From Octopus vulgaris (taxonomy: Eukaryota), in contig OX597817.1 in assembly GCA_951406725.2 (NCBI GenBank), positions 41,974,001 to 42,038,000 on the forward strand: a DNA stretch of 64,000 bases. The letters are read 5' to 3'. Made by a program: the position numbers and the translations under genes. Positions 1-11,961 of the stretch are shown piece by piece. How positions within the stretch are numbered: position 1 is the first letter of the stretch; every line of letters starts with the position of its first letter. The notes under the pieces were generated by a model that was not told where the DNA came from, searched no databases, and saw only the letters and a program-made list of their open reading frames with translations.

Positions 1-185
1 TGTTGTGTTAAATACTGGTTGTCACAAAAGTATTAAAATACATATATACATTCTTTGATAATAATAAGAAAATGTTAAAAACAGTTTACAAGGAAAAGTC
101 TTGAGAAAATATTTAAAAGTTCATTAAAAATATTAGGATTTCCTTAAAAATCATGTTTGTTTGGAAGTATCTATCTGTCTATCTG

Positions 186-254
<69 letters not shown>

Positions 255-261
255 ATATATA

Positions 262-498
262 TAAATGTGAAAAGAGTACAGCGAACTGGCTGTGCGGAGT
301 GGAACATCCAACGTTTCGGATTCAGTCCTTCACCAAGGGGTAGAGAAAAAGAGAAGAAAGTTAAAAAGAGTTTCAAGCTGAGAAGATGTAAACTCGGTTT
401 GGCTTACTTCTCTTTTTCTCTAACCCCTGACGAAGGATTGAATCTGAAATGGATGTTCCACTCCTCACAGCAAGTTCACTGTATCCTTTTCACTTTTA
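262..498. mobile_element. Inverted-repeat insertion (PLE pseudo-LTR-like); each arm has a degenerate hammerhead core
   Basis: Arm 265-356 is the reverse complement of arm 408-497. The right arm reads CCC-CTGACGA-A-GGA-TTGAA-TCT-GAAA. The left arm (- strand) reads TTGGTGA-A-GGA-CTGAA-TCC-GAAACGTT. It lies between (ATCT)n and (TA)n. Confidence 0.6.
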
Positions 499-537
499 TC
501 TATATTTTTTCAAGTCTTGACGACACAGGGCTACTAG

Positions 538-576
<39 letters not shown>

Positions 577-579
<3 letters not shown>

Positions 580-740
580 CGCAGGAGTGGCTGTGTGGTA
601 AGTAGCTTGCTAACCAACCACATGGTTCTGGGTTCAGTCCCACTGCGTAGCATCTTGGGCAAGTGTCTTCTGCTATAGCCCCGGGCCGACCAATGCCTTG
701 TGAGTGGATTTGGTAGACGGAAACTGAAAGAAGCCTGTCG

Positions 741-776
<36 letters not shown>

Positions 777-991
777 GTTGTGTGTCTGTGTTTGTCCCCC
801 TAGCATTGCTTGACAACCGATGCTGGTGTGTTAACGTCCCCGTCACTTAGCGGTTCGGCAAAAGAGACTGATAGAATAAGTACTGGGCTTACAAAGAATA
901 AGTCCCGGGGTCGATTTGTTCAACTAAAGGCGGTGCTCCAGCATGGCCACAGTCAAATGACTGAAACAAGTAAAAGAGTAAGAGTAAAGAG
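577..991 (+). mobile_element. SINE family A (tRNA-derived head, internal (TA)n/(TG)n, GAGTAAAA-type tail), near full length
   Basis: A-box-like TGGCTGTGTGG and B-box-like GGTTCAGTCCC, followed by TTGGGCAAGTGTC. More than 10 similar copies occur in the window. Confidence 0.85.
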
Positions 992-1518
992 ATATGAGAT
1001 AAATGAATAGATAGACAGACAGATACACAGGTAGATAGATAGATAGACAGACAGACAGACAAACAGATAGAGAGATGGCTAGATAGTTAGAGAGATAGAT
1101 AGATATTTATATTGTCAAGCAGTATATTTTTAATTATAGCATATAATTGGTGAGAATATTACCAACAATTTGGTGCTGGCTATTGGCAATATTAACAACT
1201 CTTCAGACATGCTGGCTGGAAGTCCATAATCTCTTTAGGTAAATGTACATGGAATTCTGCTTGTCTTGGTAACGGTAAATTAATTACAACATAAGAGTGA
1301 TGAAAAGTTATAACATTTTTCAGCTTAGAAGTTCAGCATGCAGACAGGTGATAGAGTACCTTATTTGAAAATAAATAGAAGTTGGCATGAAAAAAAATGG
1401 CACCTGGCTGCAGAATAGTGTCTTTGTAATCTCATTCAACAAAGTTGGTGAGCTGACAGAACCATTAGCATACTGGGTAAAATGCTTTGCAGCATTTTGA
1501 CTGTTCTCATGTTCATCG

Positions 1519-1555
<37 letters not shown>

Positions 1556-1619
1556 TATCCTCCTCCTCCTCCTCCTCCTCCTCCTCCTCATCATCATCAT
1601 CATCATCGTCATCATCATT

Positions 1620-1960
1620 ATCGTCGTCGTCATCAACGTTTGTTGTCCATGCTGGCATGGGTTGGAACGGTTTGACTGGGCTGATATGCTGGAAGGCTGC
1701 ACCAGGCTCCAGTCTGATTTGGCATGGTTTTCTATGGCTGGATGCCCTTTCTAATGCCAACCACTCTCAGAGTGTAATGGGTGCTTTTATGTGCCACTGG
1801 CATGGGTCCCATTTGCGTGACACCAGTATCTGCCATGACTGCGATTTTCCTTGGCTTGAAGGGTCTTTTCTTCTCAAGCATGACATAATGTCAAAGGCCT
1901 TGGTCATTGCCTCCATGAGGCCCAAAAGGAACTCAGCCCTTTGCCTCCATGGGGCCCAAC
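1620..1960 (-). mobile_element. SINE-like family B ((GAT)n tail, GGCRTTAGGAAGGGCATCCAGC core)
   Basis: The core motif and (CAT)n flank are shared with copies near 5380, 6250, 11425, 26710, 31440 and 50455. Confidence 0.7.
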
Positions 1961-2680
1961 GCTTGGTTCTGATTTTAAATTCTGGCAAGATTGATTTTAC
2001 CTTTCATACTTTTAGGGTCAATAAAATAAGTACCAGTTGAGTACTGGGGTCGATGTGATTGACTTAGCCCTGCCTCGAAATTGCTGACCTTGTGCCAAAC
2101 TGTGAAATCAAAATGTCTCATTAAACCAATACTGGAATGGTAAAAGTGAGCATAAAAATAATGGGAAAAAATTGGAAAACAAAAAAAAACCCTAGATTTC
2201 TTATATAGATACTGTGACTCCAATTTTTGGGTGAAGAATGGTCAGTTAAAATGACCCCAGTACATAACTGGTATTATTTTATGACCCCCAGAAGGAACAA
2301 CAGTAATTGTGACCCCACTAGAATTTGAACACAGCATGTGAAGGAAATTGGTTTAGTTTCAAGGGCACATTAAAAAACCCCCCAAAATATTGTTTTGAAA
2401 TAGGAAAAATTTTAGCAGATGAATTTTCGGAGTGTAATTATAGAAATATATATTGAACCAAAACATACAAAAGTATTCTTTGAAATCCTAGAATTATTCT
2501 TGTTATTATTGTTGTTGCTGTTGTGATGCTGCATATCCCCTGATATTTTATGAAAGGCATAAAGAACAGGGCGTGGATGTAAAAGTGTTAATCAATGATG
2601 GATGATGACTCAGAAACTGGGTTTGCCCATGAAACCAGGCTCAATGGAACATTTTATGTCCATTAAGTTTTCACATTAAT

Positions 2681-3075
2681 ATATACACACACACACACAC
2701 ACACATATAAAGTTATGCATACACATATATATATACACACACACGCACATATATATATATAAATACGTACACGCATATATATATGTATATATATGTATAT
2801 ATATATATGTATATATATGTATATATATGTATATACATTTATGTATATATATTTGTATATACATACACACACATATGTATACATATATACTAGATGCATA
2901 TACGTATACACACACACATACATACATACATACATACATACATACATACATACATACACACACACACATACATACATGCATACACACACGCATGCATGCA
3001 TGCAAGCATACATACATACATACATACATACATACATACATACATACATACATACATACATACATACATACATTG
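2681..3075. repeat. Compound (CA)n/(TA)n/(TACA)n microsatellite
   Basis: Directly visible; it produces several spurious ORFs. Confidence 0.95.
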
Positions 3076-3429
3076 ATATATGCATGCATGAACTGTTTAT
3101 GCGTAGGGTTGATTGATTTATGGATATGATTCATGCCCATTTTGGATATTTTACCCTGAATATCCTGAATGTAATATTGTCTGGCCCTGCAAATTTAAAT
3201 ATATATGAGGTTTATGAGGATTCGTTTTGACACGCCAATGTTTTATTCAAGTAGTTTTATTATCACTACATGGCAAATTCTTTAACTCATCCTCGTCATT
3301 GCTGGTGCCATTCTCTCCTATTTTATTCTTTCACCAGCTCCTTCCCTTCACCTCTTCTCCTTCTCCATTCCTCTTCTCCGCCTTCTCCTCCTCGTCAATC
3401 CCGCAACCACGACAGTAACCACCAGTGCC

Positions 3430-3487
3430 AACATTGTCGTTATCGATGTCGTGATCGTCATCGTCGTCATCATCATCGTCGTTGTCA

Positions 3488-3523
<36 letters not shown>

Positions 3524-3573
3524 TCCTCCTCCTCCACCTCATCATCATCATCGTCATCATTGTCGTCATCATT

Positions 3574-3605
<32 letters not shown>

Positions 3606-3795
3606 TGTCTTCGTCATCATCATCGTCATCATTGTCGTCATCATCTTCATCATCATCATCATCATCATCATCATTGTCTTCGTCATCATCATCGTCATCA
3701 TTGTCATCATCATCATCATCGTCATCATCATCATCATCATTGTCTTCGTCATTGATATCGTCGTTGTTGTCATCAACATCATCTTCATCATCTTC
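3430..3795. repeat. (CAT/CGT)n trinucleotide tract with ~70-bp higher-order periodicity
   Basis: The block CATTGTCTTCGTCAT recurs three times within (CAT)n. Confidence 0.9.
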
Positions 3796-4535
3796 ACCAG
3801 CACAGCTGCCCTCAACGCCATGTTTTTACATCCGTTTGTCAAACCTGCTAATGATTAAAAGGGGTCGTAGCACAGCATATCTTGATGCATCTTCATGCCA
3901 CTTTATCATGCATCTTTGAGAACTCATTAGACCATTAGCTAATTAGGTCTTCATTTTCATGAAGCTTAATGCTCTCAGAACTGTTCTAACTATGCCTTTC
4001 CAAAAGTGACCTAATGTAAGGAAAATCTTCCATGTTGTTGATGGAAGGCTAGAAATGGCAGCCAAATCTTACAAAAATCAGACACAGCATTTACTTGTCT
4101 GTTTGTCTAGCATCTGTTTTTTCCCTGTGCTAACATGGATTATATGGCTGGACGGTCTTCCTGTCACCAACCCTTACCTAATTTCTTTTGGTAAGGGATT
4201 TTTTATTCCACAAGTTTTCAGAGGCAGGCTGTAATGTCACTGAGGAATGAATGTAAGCATCATATCACTGTTCCACTCAGGTGATGCGGAGGAAATTTTA
4301 TGGGATATTAACATTCAAATGGATTCACATACATACGCACCAATGCACACATATAGACATATATGCCCCGGCATACCTTCGCCCCAGTTTCTCTTTTCCA
4401 ACTGGGTAACACGATATTGCAATGTTATAACTCCGAATATACTTGATGCATATTCGACAAATGGTGTGTATACACCTAGATCAGCTGCAAGCTGATCTAT
4501 GTGTATACACATCATTTATCAACAAGCAAGATATA

Positions 4536-5100
4536 TTGAGTTGCCTGGAAAGTTTGTGCCGATTTATAGTAGCTTACCTTTTGACTTATTTTAGAACATG
4601 GTTGAGTCCATAAAATAGGATTTGACTACACCTCCATTTAGAGCATAGTTTAAGCTATCTTTTCATGGAAGAAGGTTTATGTTCCTATAACCTGTGTTAA
4701 TTCTGTAACTATTTAAAATGGAAGATAAGAAAGTTCATTTTTGGCACTTGATGCTTTGGGAACCAGACAAAAATTGCTGCAGCTCAGCTGGGATGTGTTA
4801 TCCCACCCACCATATTCACCAGATATTGCTCCTTCGGATTTCCACTTATTCAGGTCTCTGCAGAATAGTCTTAATGGTAAAAATTTCAATTCCTTGGATG
4901 ACGTAAAAAGATACTTTGATGAATTCTTTGCCATGAAACCACCTCAATTCTGGGAAGAGGGTATTTTCAAGTTAAAGAAAAGATGGAGATGCATTGTGCA
5001 ACAAAATGATTCATATTTGGTTGATTAAAAATGTAATGTCAAGTATTTATTGACCTTTTTCTTTCCTTTAAAAATCAACACAAACTTTCTGGACAACCAA
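4536..5100 (+). mobile_element. Internally deleted mariner transposon
   Basis: TA on both flanks, with TIRs TTGAGTTGCCTGGAAAGTTTGTGCCGATTT and AAATCAACACAAACTTTCTGGACAACCAA. The N-terminus MEDKKVHF is joined directly to the C-terminal region containing HPPYSPDIAPSDFHLFRSL. Confidence 0.92.
4741..5028 (+). pseudogene. Mariner transposase C-terminal fragment
   Basis: WDVLSHPPYSPDIAPSDFHLFRSLQNSLNGKNF...WRCIVQQNDSY matches the mariner YSPDLAPxD motif. Confidence 0.92.
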
Positions 5101-5580
5101 TATTATCCATGACAAAATGCAGCAAGTAGTTTGTTTCCCAGTTCAAACGTGCTTCAAGCACATTCAATTGATGATAACATTGCAATTTCACTTATCACTG
5201 CTTAGTGCTCCCCCTCCATAAAGGGTAACACTAAATATTTTACAAAGGGTGACACTATATTTCTTACAAGATAACTGTTCCTGTCTTTCTATTATGCTTT
5301 AATCTGGCATAAATTCACCCCACCTCAGTTCTATTCCTCTCTCTAGTGAAAAGTCTTGTCTTAGAAGTTATCTGGTGATCTTACTAGTGCCATTTCTACG
5401 TAAACAGCACCCAGTAAACTCTATAAAGTGGTTGGCATTAGGAAGGGTGGGCAGCCATAGAAACCATGCCAAAGAAGACGCTAGCTTGCCAGCTCCAATC
5501 AGGCTGTCCAACCCATGCCAGCAATGGAAAACATATTAAATGATGGTGATGATGATGACGATGGTGATGATGATATATTC

Positions 5581-5968
5581 TTTTATCCTTTTACTTGTTT
5601 CAGTCATTTGACTGCAGCCATGCTGGAGCACCACCTTTAGTTGAAGAAATCAGCCCCAAGAATTATTCTTTGTAAGCCAAGTACTTATTCTATTGGTTTC
5701 TTTTGCTGGACTGTTAAGTTGTGGGGACATAAACACACACCACCATCAGTTGTCAAGCAATGGTGAGGGGACAAACACAGACACACAAATACATACATAT
5801 GTATAAATATTTAACAGGATTCTTTCAGTTTCTGCCTACCAAATCCACTCACAATGCTTTGGTCCACGTGAAGCCATAGCAGAAGACACTTGTCCAAGGT
5901 GCCATGCAATGGAACAGAACTTGGAACTATGTTTTTGGGAAGTAAGCTTCTTACCACACAGCCACTCC
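5581..5968 (-). mobile_element. SINE family A
   Basis: Reverse complement of the 577-991 element. Confidence 0.85.
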
Positions 5969-5984
5969 TATATATATATATATG

Positions 5985-6150
5985 TATATTATTACTGGTG
6001 TAGGCTGGCTTATAAAGTTACCCTAAGTTTCTCACCATAAACGGTACCTTTATGGCATTTCTTCAGACATTATAACCTGTTGGCCTGTGACCTCTTTATG
6101 GTGAAAAACGCAGGGTAACCCTATAAACCAGTCTACACCAGTAATAATAT
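5985..6150. repeat. Short inverted-repeat element in (TA)n
   Basis: TATATTATTACTGGTGTAGGCTGG...CACCATAAA is mirrored by TTTATGGTG...CCAGTCTACACCAGTAATAATATA. Confidence 0.75.
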
Positions 6151-6249
6151 AGACTGCTCTGCTCCTTAAAGTATGCTACTTATCCGCTTTTTATGGCTTT
6201 CCAAAAAAAAAAAACGATATTTATATCTATATATATATAGATATATATA

Positions 6250-6630
6250 TCATCATCATCATCATTGTTTAACGTCCGTTTTCCATGCTAGCATGGGTTG
6301 GACGGTTTGACCGGGTCCTGGGAAACCAGGAGACTGCACCAGGCTCCAGTCTGATCTAGCAGTGTTTCTACAGCTGGATGCCCTTCCTAACACCAATCAC
6401 TCCATGAGTGTAGTGGGTGCTTTTTACATGTCAGAGGAGGCTGGCAACGTCCACGATCAGTTGGTTGGTTTTTACGTGCCATCGGCATGGATGCCAGTCA
6501 AGACGGTGCTGGCATCAGCCTCATTTGGTTGGTGTTTTTTACGTGCCATCAGTACAGGTATCACAAATACAATTTCCATTTGATTTTTATTTTGATGTTG
6601 ATGTACTTGACTCAGTAGGTCTCCTCAAGC

Positions 6631-6632
<2 letters not shown>
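6250..6632 (-). mobile_element. SINE-like family B
   Basis: Closely matches the reverse complement of 26720-27060. Confidence 0.8.
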
Positions 6633-6666
<34 letters not shown>

Positions 6667-6699
6667 GCCATGTAATTTCCATTACCAACATGACCTAAA

Positions 6700-7180
6700 G
6701 TATAGTTATGAGAATAAGAATGATTGGAGAACGTTCAGAGATTTATTACCTCTGTTGAGAACAAAAGATCTCTCTCACAGAATGGAAGGTGTGGCCTGCA
6801 AAGCTATTTAGTTGTGAAACATGAGCCCTGAATGCAGAGTACATGTAAAGACTGGAGAGGAATTAAGCTAGTATGTTCCATTGGATGTACCTCTCTGTGC
6901 AACAACATGCAAATGATTTGAGAGAAAAATTGGGTATCAAAGGAATCAGATGTAGTTTGCAAGAGAGAAGCCTGAGCTTGTATACTTAGGTGATGTATAT
7001 GAATGATGACAGCTGTATAAAGAAGTGCCAAATGCTTAAAGTAGATTCCACACATAGAAGTGGGTGGCCTGGGAAAAAGATAGGATGAAATAAAGAAGGT
7101 TGGTGTCAAGATGCTGAGCTTTGCAGTGAAGATGACATGGGGCTGAGATCATTGGTGATTCAATGTCTTCAAGAAGTCTT
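6700..7180 (+). mobile_element. Highly decayed RTE-type LINE 3' region
   Basis: Broken translation DDSCIKKCQMLKVDST-RSG-PGKR resembles the RTE C-terminal GxRxRGRPxKxW region; many stops. Confidence 0.45.
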
Positions 7181-9049
7181 TTGTCTGCCACCACAAAAAT
7201 GATGTCCTAAAAGCATTATGTTTATGTCTATCCACTCACTAAACTCTGGCTTTATACCCAATCTATTCCTGCCAAGGTTTCCCCACCTCCCATCTTCCTA
7301 ACATCCACCTATCCATCACTCTTCTAACTATGCTATCAGTCATTTCCCACTTTCCCTGGAACCATTTCCTTTAAAACTCCATTCCTCATTCTCAATATCA
7401 TCTTTTCACACATTTATTTTCCATCAATCACCTCTTCCTGTGCTTCCAGTTTGCTCTCCCTCTCTTCTGAGCTACATCTTAAGATTGCCATACCTCATCT
7501 TTAACACCCTCTCATATCTATATCTTACATCAACAGCACCCCCAACACTAACCTCTGTCCTCAATTTGCTATAACCACCCTTACATACCTCTGACCTCAA
7601 TCTCTCTTATCTGCAAAAAAAAAAAAAAGAGTGAGTGGTCTCAGCTTCAATGTATTTGATCATAGGTCTGATCAGAACTGGCCTGGAGCTAAGCAACAAC
7701 AGCAACAACACCAACCTCTTCCAAACAATTCTATGGCTTACCTCTACCAAGAGTACCTTCAGCCATTAACTCATATCTCTATTTATCTTGGCATGCATCA
7801 GCAGTACAACCTAATGTAGTTATCTCTTCTGTTTTATTTGCCAATGATTTTAACACTTAGGTGATATCTATTTGTTTTTGCCTTGCTTTTTATTCAACCT
7901 ACCAAACTATAAAAGTATTTCAAAAAGTATAAATATATATATATATATAAAAAAAAGTATTAAAATAATTTTATATTGGAATGAGAAAATTTATTTATTT
8001 TTTAATTACATGCATTCCTGAACAAAAGCCTCGATGGATGTGTTAGCTCAAAGAGTGGGGAGTGATGGTGATGGTGATGGTGGTGGTGGCCCAACAAACC
8101 AATCAATGGTTCAACGCATGTATTACTTAAATTTATTAAATGGTTACTAGAACACTAATTTATTTTTGTTGCTAAGCTTCTCTAGATTTAGTTTTATGTA
8201 GATGGGTAGAACATAACTTTCAATTTAGTCTTAATTACAATACAATGTAAAAGTCTTTTGTTGCAGTGACAGGTTATGAAAAAATATATATTAACAAAAT
8301 AGAGAATGTTTCTGGATATATAACAAGATTATCTTAGAGATGGGTACAAATATTGTGTTTAATATGAGAGCTTTCCAAAGACAAAAGAAAAAAAGTGGTC
8401 TGCATGCATTGGTAAAAATAAGGACATAAAATTGAATAAATTGGTATGCTATGAGCAGCAGTGAAGTCTTAGATCTTAGGTGAAGTCTTTTACCAAAGAA
8501 GAAGAATTGAAATGAAATCATTGGAATGATTGTGTGGTTTAGAAGTTCATGTCATACTTGTAGTTCTGAGTATGATTTCACTGCATGGTATCTGGGGCAA
8601 GTGTCTTCTATCATTACCTCAGGTCTTTGAATGCAATATGAATGAAATTTGGTAGGCAAAAACTGTGCAGAAGCCTGCTGTGTATGTACGTTGATGTGTA
8701 ACGTCATTGTTTTACTGTCCAGTTTTCCATGCTTACATGAACTGGATGAACTTTATTGCGGCAGATATTTATGGTCGAATGCCCTTACTGTCACCAACCC
8801 TCACTTAGTTTCAAGTCAGGCAAGTTTCCTCCGTGACTAGACATACACACACACACACCTGAGGGCTTCTTTCAGTTTCCAGCAATCAAATCCACTCACA
8901 AGACTTTGGTTGGCCTGGGGCTATAGAGAAAGAAACTTCTCAAGATGCCACACAGTGGGACTGAACCTGAAACCACATGGTAGGGGAGCAAACTTCTTGA
9001 CCATACAGCAATACCTGAATACCTATCAATTTCTCTGCTAACGATATAT

Positions 9050-9395
9050 CTACTTTGCCGACCCTATCTCCATGATCCACCCGAAGAGTGTATATTTTTA
9101 TGCTTTGTGAGTATAGGGTCACATGACCACATGGGTCTCTTTGTTGTTGGTGATAACAGTAGTCCACGTAACCATCAACTAGTTTTGTATACTTGTGTCC
9201 AACTAGTTTTGTATACAAGTGTCCATGAGAATTTCCCATGAGCTTTTATTACCAGTAGCCTACTGTCAGGTCTCTCCCAGGTGATTTTCCATTTGGCAGT
9301 TTATTAATAACCATCAGAAGTGTTTCACTAGTGATGTTATGTATTTTGGGAGAGGCATTTACATAATACTCACTTCGTAGTTCCTTTAACCATAC
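9050..9395 (-). mobile_element. R4/Dong-like non-LTR retrotransposon fragment (pre-RT/RT0) next to (TACA)n
   Basis: WLKELRSEY...ITSETLLMVINKLPNGKSPGRDLTVGYW contains the K(S/A)PGxD motif at the start of non-LTR RT. Confidence 0.65.
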
Positions 9396-9413
9396 GTGTA
9401 TATATGTATGTAT

Positions 9414-9965
9414 GTTATTGTTCAGTTTTATTTCAAGATTTCTTGCCAATACAGAAAGAGCCAGTTTCTAACCTAGATCCAAGGCTCCTTCATTGGAATT
9501 TCAACATCAACAACAGGGTATTTTTGTATGTATGTATGTATGTATGTATGTATGTATGTATGTATGTATGTATGTATGTATGTATGTATGTATGCTTGCA
9601 TGTATGTATGTATGTTATGGTTCAGTTTTATTTCAAGATTTCTTGCCAATAGAGAAAGAGTCAGTTTCTAACCAAGATTTGAGGCTCCTTCATTGGAATT
9701 TAAACATTAACAACAGAGTATTTTTGTTTGTATGTATGTATATGTGAAGATTTGTATGTTTTGTTTTATGTATGTATTCTCACGCATATAGTTGCATATC
9801 TAGACATGCTCATATATACTCAAATGATAAACTTCTGGGAAGTTTTACAGATTTTTACAGTTCCAGTGATAGATTGGATATGTAGTCTTCAAACTAGCTT
9901 TCTCCTTTCTGGTTTGAGAAGCCTAATTTCTCAAGATTGATATTTAGGCAGTGTGTTTCATATCC

Positions 9966-9966
<1 letters not shown>
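9414..9966 (-). mobile_element. Two tandem 3' ends of a (TACA)n-embedded non-LTR element
   Basis: 9414-9525 is repeated at 9614-9727, and each is bounded by (TATG)n. The longer copy translates on - as NLEKLGFS..ERRKLV.RLHIQSITGTVKICKT, like an RLE-clade C-terminus. Confidence 0.6.
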
Positions 9967-9996
<30 letters not shown>

Positions 9997-10026
9997 TGTA
10001 TGTATGTATGTATGTATGTATGTATG

Positions 10027-10676
10027 TCAGGTCACTTTCGAGTGCTACTGGTAACATGTAACCCAGTACAACCCATTGCATGGTCGGGCTGTCGGCGACT
10101 AAAGTGGCAAACCCACCAAGCTTGCTTGGTGAGGAGGGTGTTTATTGGACACCCTGCGGGATGAAAAACAAAACCCGTCAAAGGGCGGAGGAACTCTTGA
10201 GAGTCAATGGCCATCCAATAAATATGTAATTTTTTTTTTCTTAAGGCTTAAGGCTGTATCATGCGCCGGGACATAGAAATAATCGGACTGAATACCCAAT
10301 CACACGGTTAAACCATTGGAAGTGAAGGACTCCTAGCCTTTGTTTGGGCATCCTTCTAGGAGAAGATAACTCAGGTAACTGGGATAACTCCGACACAAAA
10401 CCTGCAGCTCAGTGGTTACCAATGATGTTGACTTGTTCTTCTTTTCGGATTATGGCTGCTGTTGCTTAGTGAGTGGGATTGACTCAGTGCACAGCCATTC
10501 CTGTACAGGCATTGTACGATAACAACATTGTTCATGATTGTTGATGGTGCTGTGAGTCTCAACTGAATGGCTGGCTCTAGCCTTAAAAAGCAAATAAAAG
10601 TCACATTCGATCACAGCACCAATAAAAGTTAAGCTTTGTGCAATGGCCATACTCGATAATGAGGGGGCAACCATCA
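10027..10676 (+). mobile_element. Non-coding element flanked by (TATG)n; RTE 5'-UTR-like
   Basis: Bounded on both sides by (TATG)n. Carries TTCTAGGAGAAG..AACTC. A diverged homolog lies at ~10831-11245. Confidence 0.55.
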
Positions 10677-11304
10677 TGTATGTATGTATGTATGTATGTA
10701 TGTATATATGTATGTATGTATGTTTGTATATATGTATGTATGTAGTATGTATGTATGTATGTATGTATGCATTTATGCATGCATGCATGCATGTATGTAT
10801 GTATGTATGTACGTACGTACGTATGTATGTAAGAGCAGAAGAGTTTGTGAGCAGTCAACTGCCATCCAACAATATGTGTAAATGTGTATGTATGCATGTA
10901 TGCATGTGCGGGGACGTGGAAATACCTTGATTGGTGTTCAGGCATATGATTGGTCCACTGGGAGTGGGAAGCCCCTCAGTTACTGTCACAACAGCTTTCT
11001 AGGAGAGGAAAACTCTGAGAGAAAGCTTGTGACCCTGACAATATTCAACGATGTAGACTAGTTCTTCTTTTTGAGTTTATGTTGCCTATGTTCAGAGAGT
11101 GGGATTGGATTTCTGCATATCCTTTCTCCCCACTTTAAAAAAATCATCATGCACAGGCATCATTTGATAAAAAATAGTAAGACCTATCACAAAATTGGCT
11201 GGTCATAGCCTTTGCATGTGTGGGACTTTCGATCAGGCGATGACAAATTCTTGAACACAAGTTTGCAGCCATCTATTTTCTCTCCCGATATATTTCTGTA
11301 TCCC

Positions 11305-11340
11305 CTTTCTGTTGAAGAGCATAAGCTCGAAACGTAAAAG
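11305..11340 (+). ncRNA. Minimal hammerhead-like motif (A6U core variant)
   Basis: CTTT-CTGTTGA-A-GAGC-ATAA-GCTC-GAAA-C-GTA-AAAG; stem I is CTTT/AAAG and stem II is GAGC/GCTC. Confidence 0.5.
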
Positions 11341-11424
11341 ACTTTCTCACTTCCCAAGCATTAAACTAATACATATGTTTGTTGTTTACACACCTGTCTT
11401 CGTCTTTTGGTTTTTTTGAGTGAG

Positions 11425-11695
11425 GTTGTTGCCACTGCCGCTTGACTGGCTCCTGTGCAGGTGGCATGTAAAAAACACCATTTGAGCATAGCTGTTGCCA
11501 GTACCACCTGACTGGCCCTCGTGCCAGTGGCACGTAAAAGCACCCACTACACTCTCAGAGTGGTTGGCGTTAGGAACCTCTGCCAGATCAATTGGAGCCT
11601 GGTGCAGCCATCTGGTTTGCCAGTCCTCAGTCAAATCGTCCAACCCATGTCAGCATGGAAAGCAAATGCTAAACAATGATGATGATGATGATGAT
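11425..11695 (+). mobile_element. SINE-like family B
   Basis: GTGGCACGTAAAAGCACC subrepeats, GGCGTTAGGAA, and a (GAT)n tail. Confidence 0.8.
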
Positions 11696-11703
11696 ATATA
11701 TAT

Positions 11704-11961
11704 ATAAAATAAAGTGTACATTCAAACACATTAAGAGGTATCCATCATAGGACTCCCTTACGCTAGAAGGAACAGCTAAAGTCCAAACCACTAATTAGGA
11801 TAAATTCTCAAAAGGAATGAAAAATAAAAACATTTACCATCTATTTCCTGGACCATGGTTTCTGACTTTTTTTAGCAAATAAAATAATTTGTTCCTTCTA
11901 GCGTAAGGGAGTCCTATGATGGATACCTCTTAATGTGTTTAAATGTACACTGTATTTTATA
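11704..11961. mobile_element. Inverted-repeat insertion, ~70-bp near-perfect arms (PLE-like)
   Basis: 11704-11774 is the reverse complement of 11890-11961 with only a few mismatches; it sits in (TA)n. Confidence 0.7.

Noticed and set aside
577-660. tRNA genes at SINE heads (also 32875, 38380, 44903)
   Set aside because: A and B boxes are present but there is no complete cloverleaf, and each continues into a repeat body.
1139-1290. Possible coding exon in unique sequence
   Set aside because: No frame with consistent splice sites gave a recognisable peptide.
2663-3919. Long overlapping ORFs (poly-H, poly-S, YVCM, HTYI)
   Set aside because: They are translations of microsatellites that are open in several frames on both strands.
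4285-4330. EILWDINIQMD resembling the Dong ILWD motif
   Set aside because: Too short, with no flanking homology.
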